Below the pieces are notes generated by a model. It was given only the letters and a program-made list of their open reading frames with translations, was not told where the DNA came from and searched no databases. The position numbers and the translations under genes were made by a program. A stretch of DNA of 40,105 nucleotides from Planctomycetota bacterium. Lineage in GTDB: Bacteria > Planctomycetota > Phycisphaerae > SM23-33. Positions 16,517 through 27,465 of this stretch are shown here, in pieces. The stretch spans positions 1-40,105 of the forward strand of contig JAXIHJ010000082.1 of assembly GCA_034189755.1 (NCBI GenBank). Direction: 5' to 3'. The first letter of the stretch is position 1. Every line of letters starts with the position of its first letter.

Positions 16517-18301
16517 ATGGCGAGATTCTCACAACAATTCATTCAGCAGGTGGCCCAGGCGACGGACATCGTCGAGCTGATTGGCCAATATGTTGCGCTG
16601 AAAAAACGAGGCAGGGAATTCGTGGGACTCTGCCCCTTCCACGACGATCATAAGCCGTCGATGTACGTCGCGCCGGCAAAGGAAATTTTCAAGTGTTTCG
16701 CCTGCGGCGCCGGCGGCGGCGTGTTTCAGTTCGTCATGCGGTATGACAAACTTGAGTTCCCTGAGGCGGTGCGGACATTGGCCGAGCGGGCGAATATCCC
16801 GCTGCCGGCTGAAACCGAGACCGCTCCCGTCCAGGCGGGCATGAGCAAGAACGACCTGATGAATGTCTGCACCTTCGCGGCGAGGTTCTTCCGCTCGCAA
16901 TTGCGGTCGGAGGTGGGCAAGGCCGCACTGGAATACGCGCTGAGCCGCAAGCTGACGGACAAGTCGATTGAACGTTTCGGCCTGGGTTATGCACCGCAAT
17001 CTTGGGAATCGCTTCTGGCGGCGGCCCGCCGCGACGGGCTTAGCGAGAGCCAGCTCATCGCAGCGGGACTTGCAGTTCGCCGGGACAACGGCGCCGGCTG
17101 CTACGATCGTTTTCGACACCGCCTGATGTTTCCGATTTTCGACCCGACGGGGCGTGTTATCGCCTTCGGCGGTCGGGCACTCGACGAGCAGGAAACAGCG
17201 AAGTATCTCAACTCGCCCGACACCGTGCTGTTCGACAAATCCAGCCAGCTTTATGGGTTGAACTTTTCCCGAGAGGCGATCGTTTCAGCGGGCGAGGCAA
17301 TAGTGGTGGAAGGCTACCTCGATACGCTTATGGCGCTTCAGTCCGGTCTGCCCAACGTCGTCGCGACGCTGGGGACGGCTTTGACCGACCGCCATGTACG
17401 GCTGCTGTCGCGGTACGCGCAGGAGGCGGTGCTGGTCTTTGACTCCGACGCCGCGGGCACAGCCGCCGCTGAGCGGGCGCTGGAGGTGTTCCTCTCCCAG
17501 CAGATTCACGTTCGCGTGGCGACGATCCCCGCCGGCAAAGACCCGTGCGACTTTTGCCTGGCCGCCGGCGGCGAGGCGCTGAAAAACCTGGCGGCCGAGG
17601 CCCCCGATGCCCTGCAATATGTCTGGGGCCGCCGCCTTGAGGCCATTAAGCAGGCCGGCCAGAACCTCGCCGATCGCCGCCGCCTGGTTGAGCAATTCCT
17701 GCAATTTGTGGTTTCTTCGGCTGCATACGGTGCTATCGATGCAGTCCGCCGTGGACAACTCGCCCAGCGCATCGGACACCTGCTGAACGTTCCGCCGATT
17801 GAGCTTCAGCAGCAGATGCGTCGCCTGGCACGTCGTATTCCTCGCCCCGGCCAAGCCGCCCAACCGGCCGAGCCGGACCTGTCCAACGAGCCGAGTACAC
17901 TGGCCGAGCGACATCTGCTTGAGGTCCTGCTGAACAGGCCCGACCTGTTCGACGCCGTCGCCGAACGGGTTACACCGCAAGATTTTACATGTAAAGGGCT
18001 TGGCGAAGTTGCCGAGTGCGTCTGGTCGCTGGGCCGGGCCGGTGGGCTTTCGCTGGAGGCCTTGCTGGCCATGGATGAAATGTCGGACGGGGGGGCGCTG
18101 CTTACGGACTTGGCAGCCGACGGTGAGCGTCGAGGCAACTACGAACAAACAATTGCCGGGGCCATGGAACATCTGGCCTACCGTGACGGCAGGCGTCAGT
18201 TGCAGGAGCTGAAGGCCTCCGGCTACAGCGACGAGGCCTTGCGAGAGCTTGGCCAGCGACTGCAACAACCAGACGCCCGAAGAAAGCCGAGAATTACGTG
18301 A
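16517..18301 (+). CDS. dnaG: DNA primase
   Basis: CPFH..CFAC zinc finger, DRFRHRLMFPI, KYLNSP, TOPRIM VEGYLD and FDSD; start ATG 16517. Confidence 0.97.
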   Translation: MARFSQQFIQQVAQATDIVELIGQYVALKKRGREFVGLCPFHDDHKPSMYVAPAKEIFKCFACGAGGGVFQFVMRYDKLEFPEAVRTLAERANIPLPAETETAPVQAGMSKNDLMNVCTFAARFFRSQLRSEVGKAALEYALSRKLTDKSIERFGLGYAPQSWESLLAAARRDGLSESQLIAAGLAVRRDNGAGCYDRFRHRLMFPIFDPTGRVIAFGGRALDEQETAKYLNSPDTVLFDKSSQLYGLNFSREAIVSAGEAIVVEGYLDTLMALQSGLPNVVATLGTALTDRHVRLLSRYAQEAVLVFDSDAAGTAAAERALEVFLSQQIHVRVATIPAGKDPCDFCLAAGGEALKNLAAEAPDALQYVWGRRLEAIKQAGQNLADRRRLVEQFLQFVVSSAAYGAIDAVRRGQLAQRIGHLLNVPPIELQQQMRRLARRIPRPGQAAQPAEPDLSNEPSTLAERHLLEVLLNRPDLFDAVAERVTPQDFTCKGLGEVAECVWSLGRAGGLSLEALLAMDEMSDGGALLTDLAADGERRGNYEQTIAGAMEHLAYRDGRRQLQELKASGYSDEALRELGQRLQQPDARRKPRIT

Positions 18302-18329
18302 AACCGGAACCAAAACACTATAACCAGCC

Positions 18330-18359
18330 TTGATTTTCAGAGGCCATGTTTCGTATAAT
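18330..18359 (+). promoter_or_regulatory. Putative sigma70 promoter for rpoD
   Basis: TTGATT-18 nt-TATAAT in the dnaG-rpoD spacer. Confidence 0.5.
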
Positions 18360-18412
18360 AGCCAGATTCGTATGATGTTAAGGCACTCTGTGTACCTACC
18401 GGGAGTTGGCGT

Positions 18413-20089
<1,677 letters not shown>

Positions 20090-20241
20090 AAACGCCTTTA
20101 CTACGGCCCGGCGCATATCGGCATTTTCGACTGGGTTTGTTGACCGGCGGGATTTCGATGGTGGTGTTAAAGCCGCTACGCTCTTGTGCCGATAGCCACA
20201 GTACAAGCCGGACTTCTTGTCGCTGCTAATGCAGCACACGG

Positions 20242-21336
20242 TTGGGGGTCGAAACGGCAGGAGATGTTCCTGTGCAATCTGTGCCAACCGATGTGCTGAT
20301 CGTGGATGACGAATCCCAAGTCTGTAAGTTGCTCTGCAACGCGCTGAGCGAGGCGGGCGTGGCCTGTACAACCGCAACCGGGGGTCTTGAGGCCAAAAAA
20401 CTCCTTAAGAGCGGTAGATTTTCCGTCATGGTCACCGATGCGTACATGCCGGACATGAACGGCCTGGACCTGCTGAAATACGCAAGCCGAAACGTACCTG
20501 AATGCCGGGTTGTACTTATTACCGGCGTTTCCAGCACGCGATGCCTGGCCCGGGCCATCACGCTGGGCGCCTACGACTACCTGCAAAAGCCTCTGGAAAT
20601 GCGATCATTCGTTGAAACGGTCCAGCGGGCACTGTCAAAAGGCGCCCCTCAGACCCTGCCGGTCAAGGCGGCCCTTGCGATCCAGAGAGAAGGACAAGTT
20701 CGCCAATTGTCCCTGGAGGTCATTCGGGCCTTGGTGCACGCGGTCGAGGCGAAAGACCCATACACGCGCCGCCACAGCGAGCACGTTACACATTACGCGA
20801 CCCATCTGGCTCGGCAGTTGAGCACCGATCCTGAGGTGGTCGAGGCCATACGCATCGCCTCGTTGGTCCACGACATCGGCAAAATAGGCGTTCCGGATCA
20901 CATCCTCACTAAGCCGGGCAAACTCAGCTCCGAAGAGTTCGAGCAGATCCGGCGCCACCCGCTGCTTGGCGCGAGAATCGTGGAGAACGTATCCATGTTC
21001 TCGGTCGAGGCCCAATTGGTCAGGCATCACCACGAGTGCTGGAACGGCAGCGGCTATCCGGACGGGCTGACAGGCGAGACCATCCCCTTCGGGGCACGCA
21101 TCATCAATATCGCCGACTCCATAGATGCCATGTTGATGCGGCGAACCTATAAGCCGGCCTATTCAGTGGAACAGATGCTGGACGAGATGGCCCGCTGTGC
21201 CGGAAGCCAGTTTGCCCCGGACCTGGTTAACGTGGCAGACAAGTGGTGCCGCGAGCATGTAGACGAACTGATTCTTCCGGGCAAGACTATCGAAGCAGGA
21301 CATTTCCAACTCATCTACGGCAGCAACGTCGCCTGA
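20242..21336 (+). CDS. Response regulator with HD-GYP cyclic-dinucleotide phosphodiesterase domain
   Basis: REC motifs VLIVDDE, TDAYMPDMNG, YLQKP; HD-GYP motifs HS, HDIGK, HHECWNGSGYP, IADSIDAM; start uncertain. Confidence 0.9.
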   Translation: MGVETAGDVPVQSVPTDVLIVDDESQVCKLLCNALSEAGVACTTATGGLEAKKLLKSGRFSVMVTDAYMPDMNGLDLLKYASRNVPECRVVLITGVSSTRCLARAITLGAYDYLQKPLEMRSFVETVQRALSKGAPQTLPVKAALAIQREGQVRQLSLEVIRALVHAVEAKDPYTRRHSEHVTHYATHLARQLSTDPEVVEAIRIASLVHDIGKIGVPDHILTKPGKLSSEEFEQIRRHPLLGARIVENVSMFSVEAQLVRHHHECWNGSGYPDGLTGETIPFGARIINIADSIDAMLMRRTYKPAYSVEQMLDEMARCAGSQFAPDLVNVADKWCREHVDELILPGKTIEAGHFQLIYGSNVA

Positions 21337-21466
21337 GGTCGCCTGAGATGGACAAATCGCCTCAGGCGAACCGAAGCCGTCCCTTGCCAATTCCCTTCGA
21401 ACTATTTACCATTCCGCTTTCGATTTTATTGTGGGACAACCACACCAGGCGAAGGGACAAAGACTC

Positions 21467-22684
21467 ATGGCGACCAGAACGATTGCGGACCTTTTGGAAA
21501 AAGACGTAGCGGGCAGGCGGGTATTGATGCGCGTGGATTTCAACGTCCCGCTGGCCGGCGAGAAGATAACCGACGACCGGCGCATCCAGGCGGCGCTGCC
21601 GAGCATCCGGAAAATTCTCAGCTATGGCGGCAGGCTGATTCTGATGAGTCACCTCGGCCGGCCTGAGGGCCAGGTCCGGCCGGAACTGTCGCTCAGGCCC
21701 GCCGCCGAGCGGCTGGGCGAATTGCTGGGCAAGGAAGTCAAGCTAGGCCCGGCCCAGGTCGTAGGCCCGGAGGCTGAAAAGATGGCCGGCGCCCTGGCTG
21801 ACGGAGACGTATTATTGCTGGAGAACCTCCGCTTCCACAAGGGTGAGACCAGCAAAGATGAGGCGGAGCTGGACGCCTTTGCCAAGGAATTGGCCGGGCT
21901 CGGCGAGGTATACGTCAATGACGCCTTTGGTACCTGCCATCGCAAGCACGCCAGCATGTACGGCCTGGCCAAGGCCATTCAGGCCGGCGGCGGACCGGCT
22001 GTCGCAGGCTTCCTCGTTGATAAGGAAATCAAATATCTCCACGAGGCCCTTGCCTCGCCCGCCAGGCCATTCGTGGCTATCCTCGGCGGGGCGAAAGCCT
22101 CCGGCAAGATCAAGCTCATCTCCAGCCTGCTTCAGAAGGTCGACCAAATCCTGATTGGCGGGGCGATGGCTTACACGCTGCTGAAGGCCAGGGGTGTCGC
22201 TGTGGGCAAGAGTCTCATCGAGGCCGACCATCTAGACCAGATGAAGTCGCTGCTGAAGACCGCCGGCCAGAAGATACTCCTGCCGTGCGACCACGTGGCT
22301 ACGGACGATTTCGAGGCAGGCGGGCCTACCATCACCGAATGCTCAGGCATACCCGACAATCTGTTGGGCATGGATATCGGCCCGAAGACCGTCAAGCAGT
22401 TCAGTCAGGCAATCGCCGCAGCCGGTACAATCGTCTGGAACGGGCCAATGGGCGTGTTTGAGAAAGAGGCCTACGCCGCCGGCACAAAGGCCGTCGCCGA
22501 GGCCGTTGCCGAAGCAACCGGCGCCGGTGCGGTCAGTATAATCGGCGGCGGCGACTCAGCCGCAGCCGTCGAGCAGATGAAACTCGCCGGGAAGATGACA
22601 CATGTATCCACCGGCGGGGGGGCGTCGCTGACCTATCTCGAAGGCAAGCCCATGCCGCCCATTGAAGTATTGGACGCCAGGTAG
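21467..22684 (+). CDS. pgk: Phosphoglycerate kinase
   Basis: [48 protein letters not shown]; start ATG 21467. Confidence 0.97.
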   Translation: MATRTIADLLEKDVAGRRVLMRVDFNVPLAGEKITDDRRIQAALPSIRKILSYGGRLILMSHLGRPEGQVRPELSLRPAAERLGELLGKEVKLGPAQVVGPEAEKMAGALADGDVLLLENLRFHKGETSKDEAELDAFAKELAGLGEVYVNDAFGTCHRKHASMYGLAKAIQAGGGPAVAGFLVDKEIKYLHEALASPARPFVAILGGAKASGKIKLISSLLQKVDQILIGGAMAYTLLKARGVAVGKSLIEADHLDQMKSLLKTAGQKILLPCDHVATDDFEAGGPTITECSGIPDNLLGMDIGPKTVKQFSQAIAAAGTIVWNGPMGVFEKEAYAAGTKAVAEAVAEATGAGAVSIIGGGDSAAAVEQMKLAGKMTHVSTGGGASLTYLEGKPMPPIEVLDAR

Positions 22685-22716
22685 GCTTGCCGGGTAAAAT
22701 ATGACATCATTTCGCC

Positions 22717-22747
22717 AAGCCCACGGAAGGTTTTTCCCGTGGGTTTT
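22717..22747 (+). terminator. Putative intrinsic terminator or stabilising hairpin between pgk and rpe
   Basis: Stem AAGCCCACGG/CCGTGGGTTT with a short T run. Confidence 0.5.
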
Positions 22748-22764
22748 GGTTACCCGAAACAGAA

Positions 22765-23463
22765 ATGGGTGAACAAAAGGGAAATCCTTGGAAGCATCTT
22801 CCCGACGGTCTGCTGATAGCGCCGTCGCTGCTGGCGTGTGATTTCGCCCGCCTGGGCGAACAGGCCGACCAGGCCCTCGCCGCCGGGGCAGACTTACTCC
22901 ACGTGGACGTCATGGACGGGCATTTCGTGCCCAACCTGTCCATGGGGCCAGGCTTCGTCAAGAGCGTACGCAAATATGCCGACTGCCCGCTGGACGTGCA
23001 TATAATGGTCAATGACCCGGCCAATTACATCGAACGATTCGCCGAAGCCGGCGCCGACAGCATCACGTTTCACGTCGAGGCGACAGATGAGCCGGCCAAA
23101 CTCGTTGACCGCCTGCACGAGCTGGGGCTGGGCGCGGGCGTTTCGTTCCGACCGGGCACCGGGCCTGATGTGCTGCGCGAGGTTATAGAAAATGTGGACC
23201 TGGTCCTGGTAATGACCGTCGAGCCCGGTTTCGGCGGACAGAAATTCATGCACGAAATGCTGGACAAAATCGCCGTTGTGCGCAGTATGCTAACGGATAA
23301 GCAGAGGCTGGAAGTAGACGGTGGTATCAGCCTTGAGACGGCCCCGATGTGTGCCAAGTGCGGCGCGGACGTGTTCGTAGCCGGTGAGAACGTTTTTGGA
23401 GCTGCGGATATCGGCGAAGCCGTCCGCCGGCTGCGGCAGGCCGCTGAAGGCGGGTTAACTTGA
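22765..23463 (+). CDS. rpe: Ribulose-phosphate 3-epimerase
   Basis: IAPSLL, HVDVMDGHFVPN, DVHIM, MTVEPGFGGQ, EVDGGI. Confidence 0.96.
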   Translation: MGEQKGNPWKHLPDGLLIAPSLLACDFARLGEQADQALAAGADLLHVDVMDGHFVPNLSMGPGFVKSVRKYADCPLDVHIMVNDPANYIERFAEAGADSITFHVEATDEPAKLVDRLHELGLGAGVSFRPGTGPDVLREVIENVDLVLVMTVEPGFGGQKFMHEMLDKIAVVRSMLTDKQRLEVDGGISLETAPMCAKCGADVFVAGENVFGAADIGEAVRRLRQAAEGGLT

Positions 23464-23467
23464 GCGA

Positions 23468-24037
23468 ATGGCCAAGCTGTACGTGATTCCGACGGGGCGC
23501 ACTACCTGGGAAGAGCAGGATCGGGTGGAGTCCGCTGCCGGTGCGCCGCTATGTGAGCAGGGCATCCAATGTGTCCAGGACCTTGCCAAGGAGCTTACCC
23601 CTCACAACATCCGCACGGTGTACGTCAGTTCCGGGGAGGCCGAACGACAAACCGCCAAGCTCCTGGCCAAAGTGCTGAAGATCAAGATGCGGCCGGACCG
23701 CGACCTGCGTGAAATTGACTATGGGCTTTGGCAGGGATTGATGCTTCAGGAGATTAAGCGACGCCAACCCAAGCTGTATCATCAGTGGATTGAGTCTCCG
23801 GCCAGTGTCCGCCCGCCGGGCGGTGAGACGCTAGCCGAGGCCGACCGGAGACTCCGCCAGGCCCTAAGCAGAATTGTAAAGCGCCAGAAGGAAGACGCAG
23901 CCTTGCTGGTGCTTAGGCCGGTGGCGCTGGGGCTGGTGCGATGCGCTCTTGCCGATGAGCCGATCAATAATCTCCCGCAGCACATGGACCGGAGTTTCAG
24001 GTGGGCCAGCTACGAAACGGACGGCGATTTACTGTGA
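23468..24037 (+). CDS. Histidine phosphatase superfamily protein lacking catalytic residues
   Basis: Fold motifs LREIDYGLWQG, RQTA and PPGGET are present, but RHG reads PTG. Confidence 0.8.
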   Translation: MAKLYVIPTGRTTWEEQDRVESAAGAPLCEQGIQCVQDLAKELTPHNIRTVYVSSGEAERQTAKLLAKVLKIKMRPDRDLREIDYGLWQGLMLQEIKRRQPKLYHQWIESPASVRPPGGETLAEADRRLRQALSRIVKRQKEDAALLVLRPVALGLVRCALADEPINNLPQHMDRSFRWASYETDGDLL

Positions 24038-24069
24038 TTCCCAGCCGTCTGCGCAGGAGATAATATTAA

Positions 24070-24939
24070 ATGGCCGAGCCACAATCAGAAACGTCCAAAC
24101 CATACGATTCGGCCTCTTGGGAAGGGCCGGCGTTTCGCAGGAAACGCGAGGTGCCGGACGGGCTATGGATGCGCTGCCCTGCCTGCGAGGCCATGCTCTA
24201 CCGCAAGGTCGTCGCTGAGAACATGGAGGTCTGCCCGGAGTGCGATTATCATTTTCGCGTGGCGGCCCGCCGGCGGATAGAGCAATTGACGGACCCCGAA
24301 AGCTTCGAGGAGCTTTTTGCGGACATCGCACCGGCTGACCCGCTTCAGTTCAAATGGCTCGGGCAGAGTTACGCCGACCGCACCCGCAAGGAGCAGAAAA
24401 AGACCGGTAACACCGAAGCGGTGATGACGGGCATCGCCTACATCAAGGGCCGGCGCGTCGCGTTGAGCGTGATGGACGGCGAGTTCCTGATGGGTTCGAT
24501 GGGGTCGGTGCTGGGCGAGAAGGTTACGCTGCTGATCGAGGCGGCGACTGCCTCGTCGCTGCCGCTGGTTATCGTTTGCGTCTCCGGCGGGGCCAGGATG
24601 CACGAAGGGGTGCTTAGCCTGATGCAGATGGCTAAGACCTCGGCGGCGCTGGCGAAGTTCGACGATGCAGGCGGCCTGTACCTGTCGATACTGACCGACC
24701 CGACCACCGGCGGCACGACAGCCAGCTTTGCGATGCTCGCCGATATCATCATCGCCGAACCGGGCGCTCTGATCGGATTCGCCGGGCAGCGGGTCATCGC
24801 CAACACAATCAAGGCCGAGCTGCCGGAAGGCTTTCAGCGGGCCGAGTTCCTTATGGAGCACGGCTTCGTGGATATGATCGTACCACGGCATGAGCTGCGG
24901 AGCGAAATCGCACGGCTGATCGATTATTTGAAGCCGTAA
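24070..24939 (+). CDS. accD: Acetyl-CoA carboxylase carboxyltransferase beta subunit
   Basis: C4 zinc finger CPAC/CPEC, GSMGSV, SGGARMHEG, DPTTGG, IGFAGQRVI, FQRAEFL. Confidence 0.96.
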   Translation: MAEPQSETSKPYDSASWEGPAFRRKREVPDGLWMRCPACEAMLYRKVVAENMEVCPECDYHFRVAARRRIEQLTDPESFEELFADIAPADPLQFKWLGQSYADRTRKEQKKTGNTEAVMTGIAYIKGRRVALSVMDGEFLMGSMGSVLGEKVTLLIEAATASSLPLVIVCVSGGARMHEGVLSLMQMAKTSAALAKFDDAGGLYLSILTDPTTGGTTASFAMLADIIIAEPGALIGFAGQRVIANTIKAELPEGFQRAEFLMEHGFVDMIVPRHELRSEIARLIDYLKP

Positions 24940-24960
24940 AGCACGTCGAGATTTGCCGAA

Positions 24961-26712
24961 CTACGATTTTTTGTGCGCCGTCTTGGCGTCACCTTTAGCC
25001 TCGTCCTCGTTTTTGTTCTCGTTCCGCTTGTGTTTTCTGCCGCCACGCCTCCGACGCGGCCTTTTCTTTGGCTTCTTTTCTTCCGTATCGGCCTTAGGCG
25101 GTTCGCCGGCCGGTTCTTCAGGGGCTGGGAGGTCTTCGATACTGGTGGTGGCGAGCTTTAGCTTGCCGGACGCTGCCGGCGCCTGCCATTGCCATTGGAC
25201 TGTGCTGCCTCGGCCGTTTGTGCAGGTGATGCGAATTTCATCGCCGGCCAGGTCCGCATCGGCGTTGATGATGACGGTCTTGTCGGTCCGGCTTTCGATT
25301 TGGCATATTTGCTGGCGATGATGGTTCGCCAGATGATTCGCCACGGCGGGCGATACGGCGACGTTGACCTGGGTCACCTCCTCGTTGGCAGTTGCACGTT
25401 GGAGGTTGCGCATGACCATAAGGCCCAGTGATTCATCGGACTTGATCAGTCCGGCCCCCTGGCAGTACGTGCAGGTCTGGTAGGTGCTGTCCCGCAGCGA
25501 CGGGCCAAGGCGCTGGCGGGTCATCTCGACAAGGCCAAGGCTGCTGATCCGCAGAACCTTGGTCTTCGCACGGTCCTGCTTGATCGCCTTGCGCAGCGCC
25601 AGTTCGACGGCGCGGCGGTTGGCCTCATTGCGCATGTCGATAAAATCGATGACAATCACCCCGCCGAGGTCGCGCAGACGGAGTTGCCGCACGATTTCAC
25701 CGGCCGCCTCGATATTAATCTTGAGCGCCGTAGCCTCGGCATCGGACTGGTCCCGGTAGCGTCCTGAGTTGACGTCGATGGCCACCATGGCCTCGGTCTG
25801 ATCGATCACCAGCGAGCCACCGGATTTCAGCATCACACGGCGGGAGGAAATCTTCTCGATTTCCTTCTCCAGGCCGACATCGTGGAATATGCCGTCGGTG
25901 CCGGTGTACAACTCGACCACGCGCTTGCGTCGAGGCACAATCACACGGAGGAAGTCCGTAACCTTTCGGGCGATCTGCTCGTTGTCGCAGACAATCCGGG
26001 AGATGTCGCTGTTGTAAACGTCGCGGATGGTGCGGATAACCAGGTCGGATTCCTGGTAGATTTCAGCCGGCGCCTTGGACGACTTGGTGCGCTGGCGGAC
26101 TACGTCCCATAGTCGCATCAGATAATTCAGGTCGCGTTGTAGTTCCCGCTTAGGCCGGTCGACACCGGCTGTGCGGACGATTATCCCCATGTCACTGGGC
26201 AGGTTCATATCGGTCAGTGCGCTGCGCGCCTTGGCGCGGATGTCTTCATCCTCGACCTTTCGTGAGATGCCCAGCCGGCTCATTCCGGGCATCATCACAA
26301 GCAGCCTGCCGGGTATCGAAAGATAGGTCGTCAGCGTCGGGCCTTTGGTGCCGATGCCTTCCTTGGTCATCTGGACGACGACCTCCTGCCCGCGGCGAAG
26401 ACATGCCTGGATGGACGGCCGATCGTGGCGGGCACGTTTGCGCCCTACCGATTCGGCGCCCTTCTGGCCCTTGGGGAAGTATTGGGGACTGACGTCGGAG
26501 ATGTGCAGGAAGCCGTTCTTGCTCAGGCCGAAGTCAACGAACGCCGCCTGGATGCTCGGCTCGACATTTGTGACGCGCCCCTTGTAAATGTTTCCCACAT
26601 GCGACGTACTGGAAACGCGCTCGATGTAAAGTTCTTCCAGGCTGCCGCCGCTGGTAATAGCGATTCGGCACTCCCGGCCTTCCACGGTGTTGATCAACAT
26701 TTCTTTAGACAT
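24961..26712 (-). CDS. rne: Rne/Rng family ribonuclease
   Basis: GNIYKGRV, AAFVDFG, S1 domain, IDVNSG, RLRDLGG, DFIDM, CxxC, basic tail (RRRRGGRK). Could equally be called rng. Confidence 0.92.
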   Translation of the reverse strand: MSKEMLINTVEGRECRIAITSGGSLEELYIERVSSTSHVGNIYKGRVTNVEPSIQAAFVDFGLSKNGFLHISDVSPQYFPKGQKGAESVGRKRARHDRPSIQACLRRGQEVVVQMTKEGIGTKGPTLTTYLSIPGRLLVMMPGMSRLGISRKVEDEDIRAKARSALTDMNLPSDMGIIVRTAGVDRPKRELQRDLNYLMRLWDVVRQRTKSSKAPAEIYQESDLVIRTIRDVYNSDISRIVCDNEQIARKVTDFLRVIVPRRKRVVELYTGTDGIFHDVGLEKEIEKISSRRVMLKSGGSLVIDQTEAMVAIDVNSGRYRDQSDAEATALKINIEAAGEIVRQLRLRDLGGVIVIDFIDMRNEANRRAVELALRKAIKQDRAKTKVLRISSLGLVEMTRQRLGPSLRDSTYQTCTYCQGAGLIKSDESLGLMVMRNLQRATANEEVTQVNVAVSPAVANHLANHHRQQICQIESRTDKTVIINADADLAGDEIRITCTNGRGSTVQWQWQAPAASGKLKLATTSIEDLPAPEEPAGEPPKADTEEKKPKKRPRRRRGGRKHKRNENKNEDEAKGDAKTAHKKS

Positions 26713-26768
26713 GGTTCACATAATAGCTTAGTTAGGCGGACCTTGCCACAGATTGGCCCGGTCCGCAA

Positions 26769-27458
26769 TTATATTTCACATTCCACAGCGGTGCGGACCA
26801 TCTCGGCCAGGTCCACCCGCGCATCCAGGTCCAGCAGCCTCAAGACCTCGCCGGGGCGGGCCCAGAGGTCGCCTTTCGGAACGAGCGTCACTCGGAGCAG
26901 GCCGTCTTGCAGGGTAATATTGCTGATGAGAGGCTTTAAGTCAATCTGTCTCGTGGTGGGGGACCTGCCTCTGGATGTGGTGTGCCGCTCGACCGGCCAG
27001 CGGTCCCTAGCGTGCAGCTCGCCAAGTCGCCGGCCGACCTGCCCAAGCCTTTCGGGGCAGACGTTCAGCTCATATCGGCATTGTCGCGTCTTTGGCGTTC
27101 GGCTGGCTTTGTGCCCAAAGGCCTGGAAGAATCGCAGGCCTCTCGGCGCGTGGGAATTCAGCCGGGCCAGCAGCAATTCCGGCTCGATCGGCCCGTCCAG
27201 GGACAGCATCAGCAGCTCGTCCTGCGAGGCGATGCCGACGGGGCGGGCGCACGGAAGCGAGAGGATCGGATGAGGGTTGAACCCTTGTGAATATCGCAGC
27301 GGCAACTGTGCCCTGGCAGCCACCAGCCTGATCAGCCGCATCATGTCCAGATGCGAGATGAACCGCAGGTCGCCGCTAACGGCCAGCCGTATCGCCCACC
27401 GCTGCGGTGAGTTTTGCGTCGTTCCTTCGCAGTTTCCCAACTTTTGCGTCCCCGCCAA
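26769..27458 (-). CDS. TIGR03936/DUF2344 radical SAM-linked protein
   Basis: GDLRFISHLDMMR, LRYSQGFNPHP, LNSHAPRGL, IDLKP, ARPGEVL; start uncertain (TTG 27458 just after the ptsI stop). Confidence 0.85.
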   Translation of the reverse strand: MAGTQKLGNCEGTTQNSPQRWAIRLAVSGDLRFISHLDMMRLIRLVAARAQLPLRYSQGFNPHPILSLPCARPVGIASQDELLMLSLDGPIEPELLLARLNSHAPRGLRFFQAFGHKASRTPKTRQCRYELNVCPERLGQVGRRLGELHARDRWPVERHTTSRGRSPTTRQIDLKPLISNITLQDGLLRVTLVPKGDLWARPGEVLRLLDLDARVDLAEMVRTAVECEI

Positions 27459-27465
27459 TTTCAGG

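Noticed and set aside
21328-21369. 10-bp tandem duplication GTCGCCTGAG plus a complementary arm after the HD-GYP gene
   Set aside because: Short, single occurrence and no U tract; most simply a local hairpin, insufficient for a switch claim.
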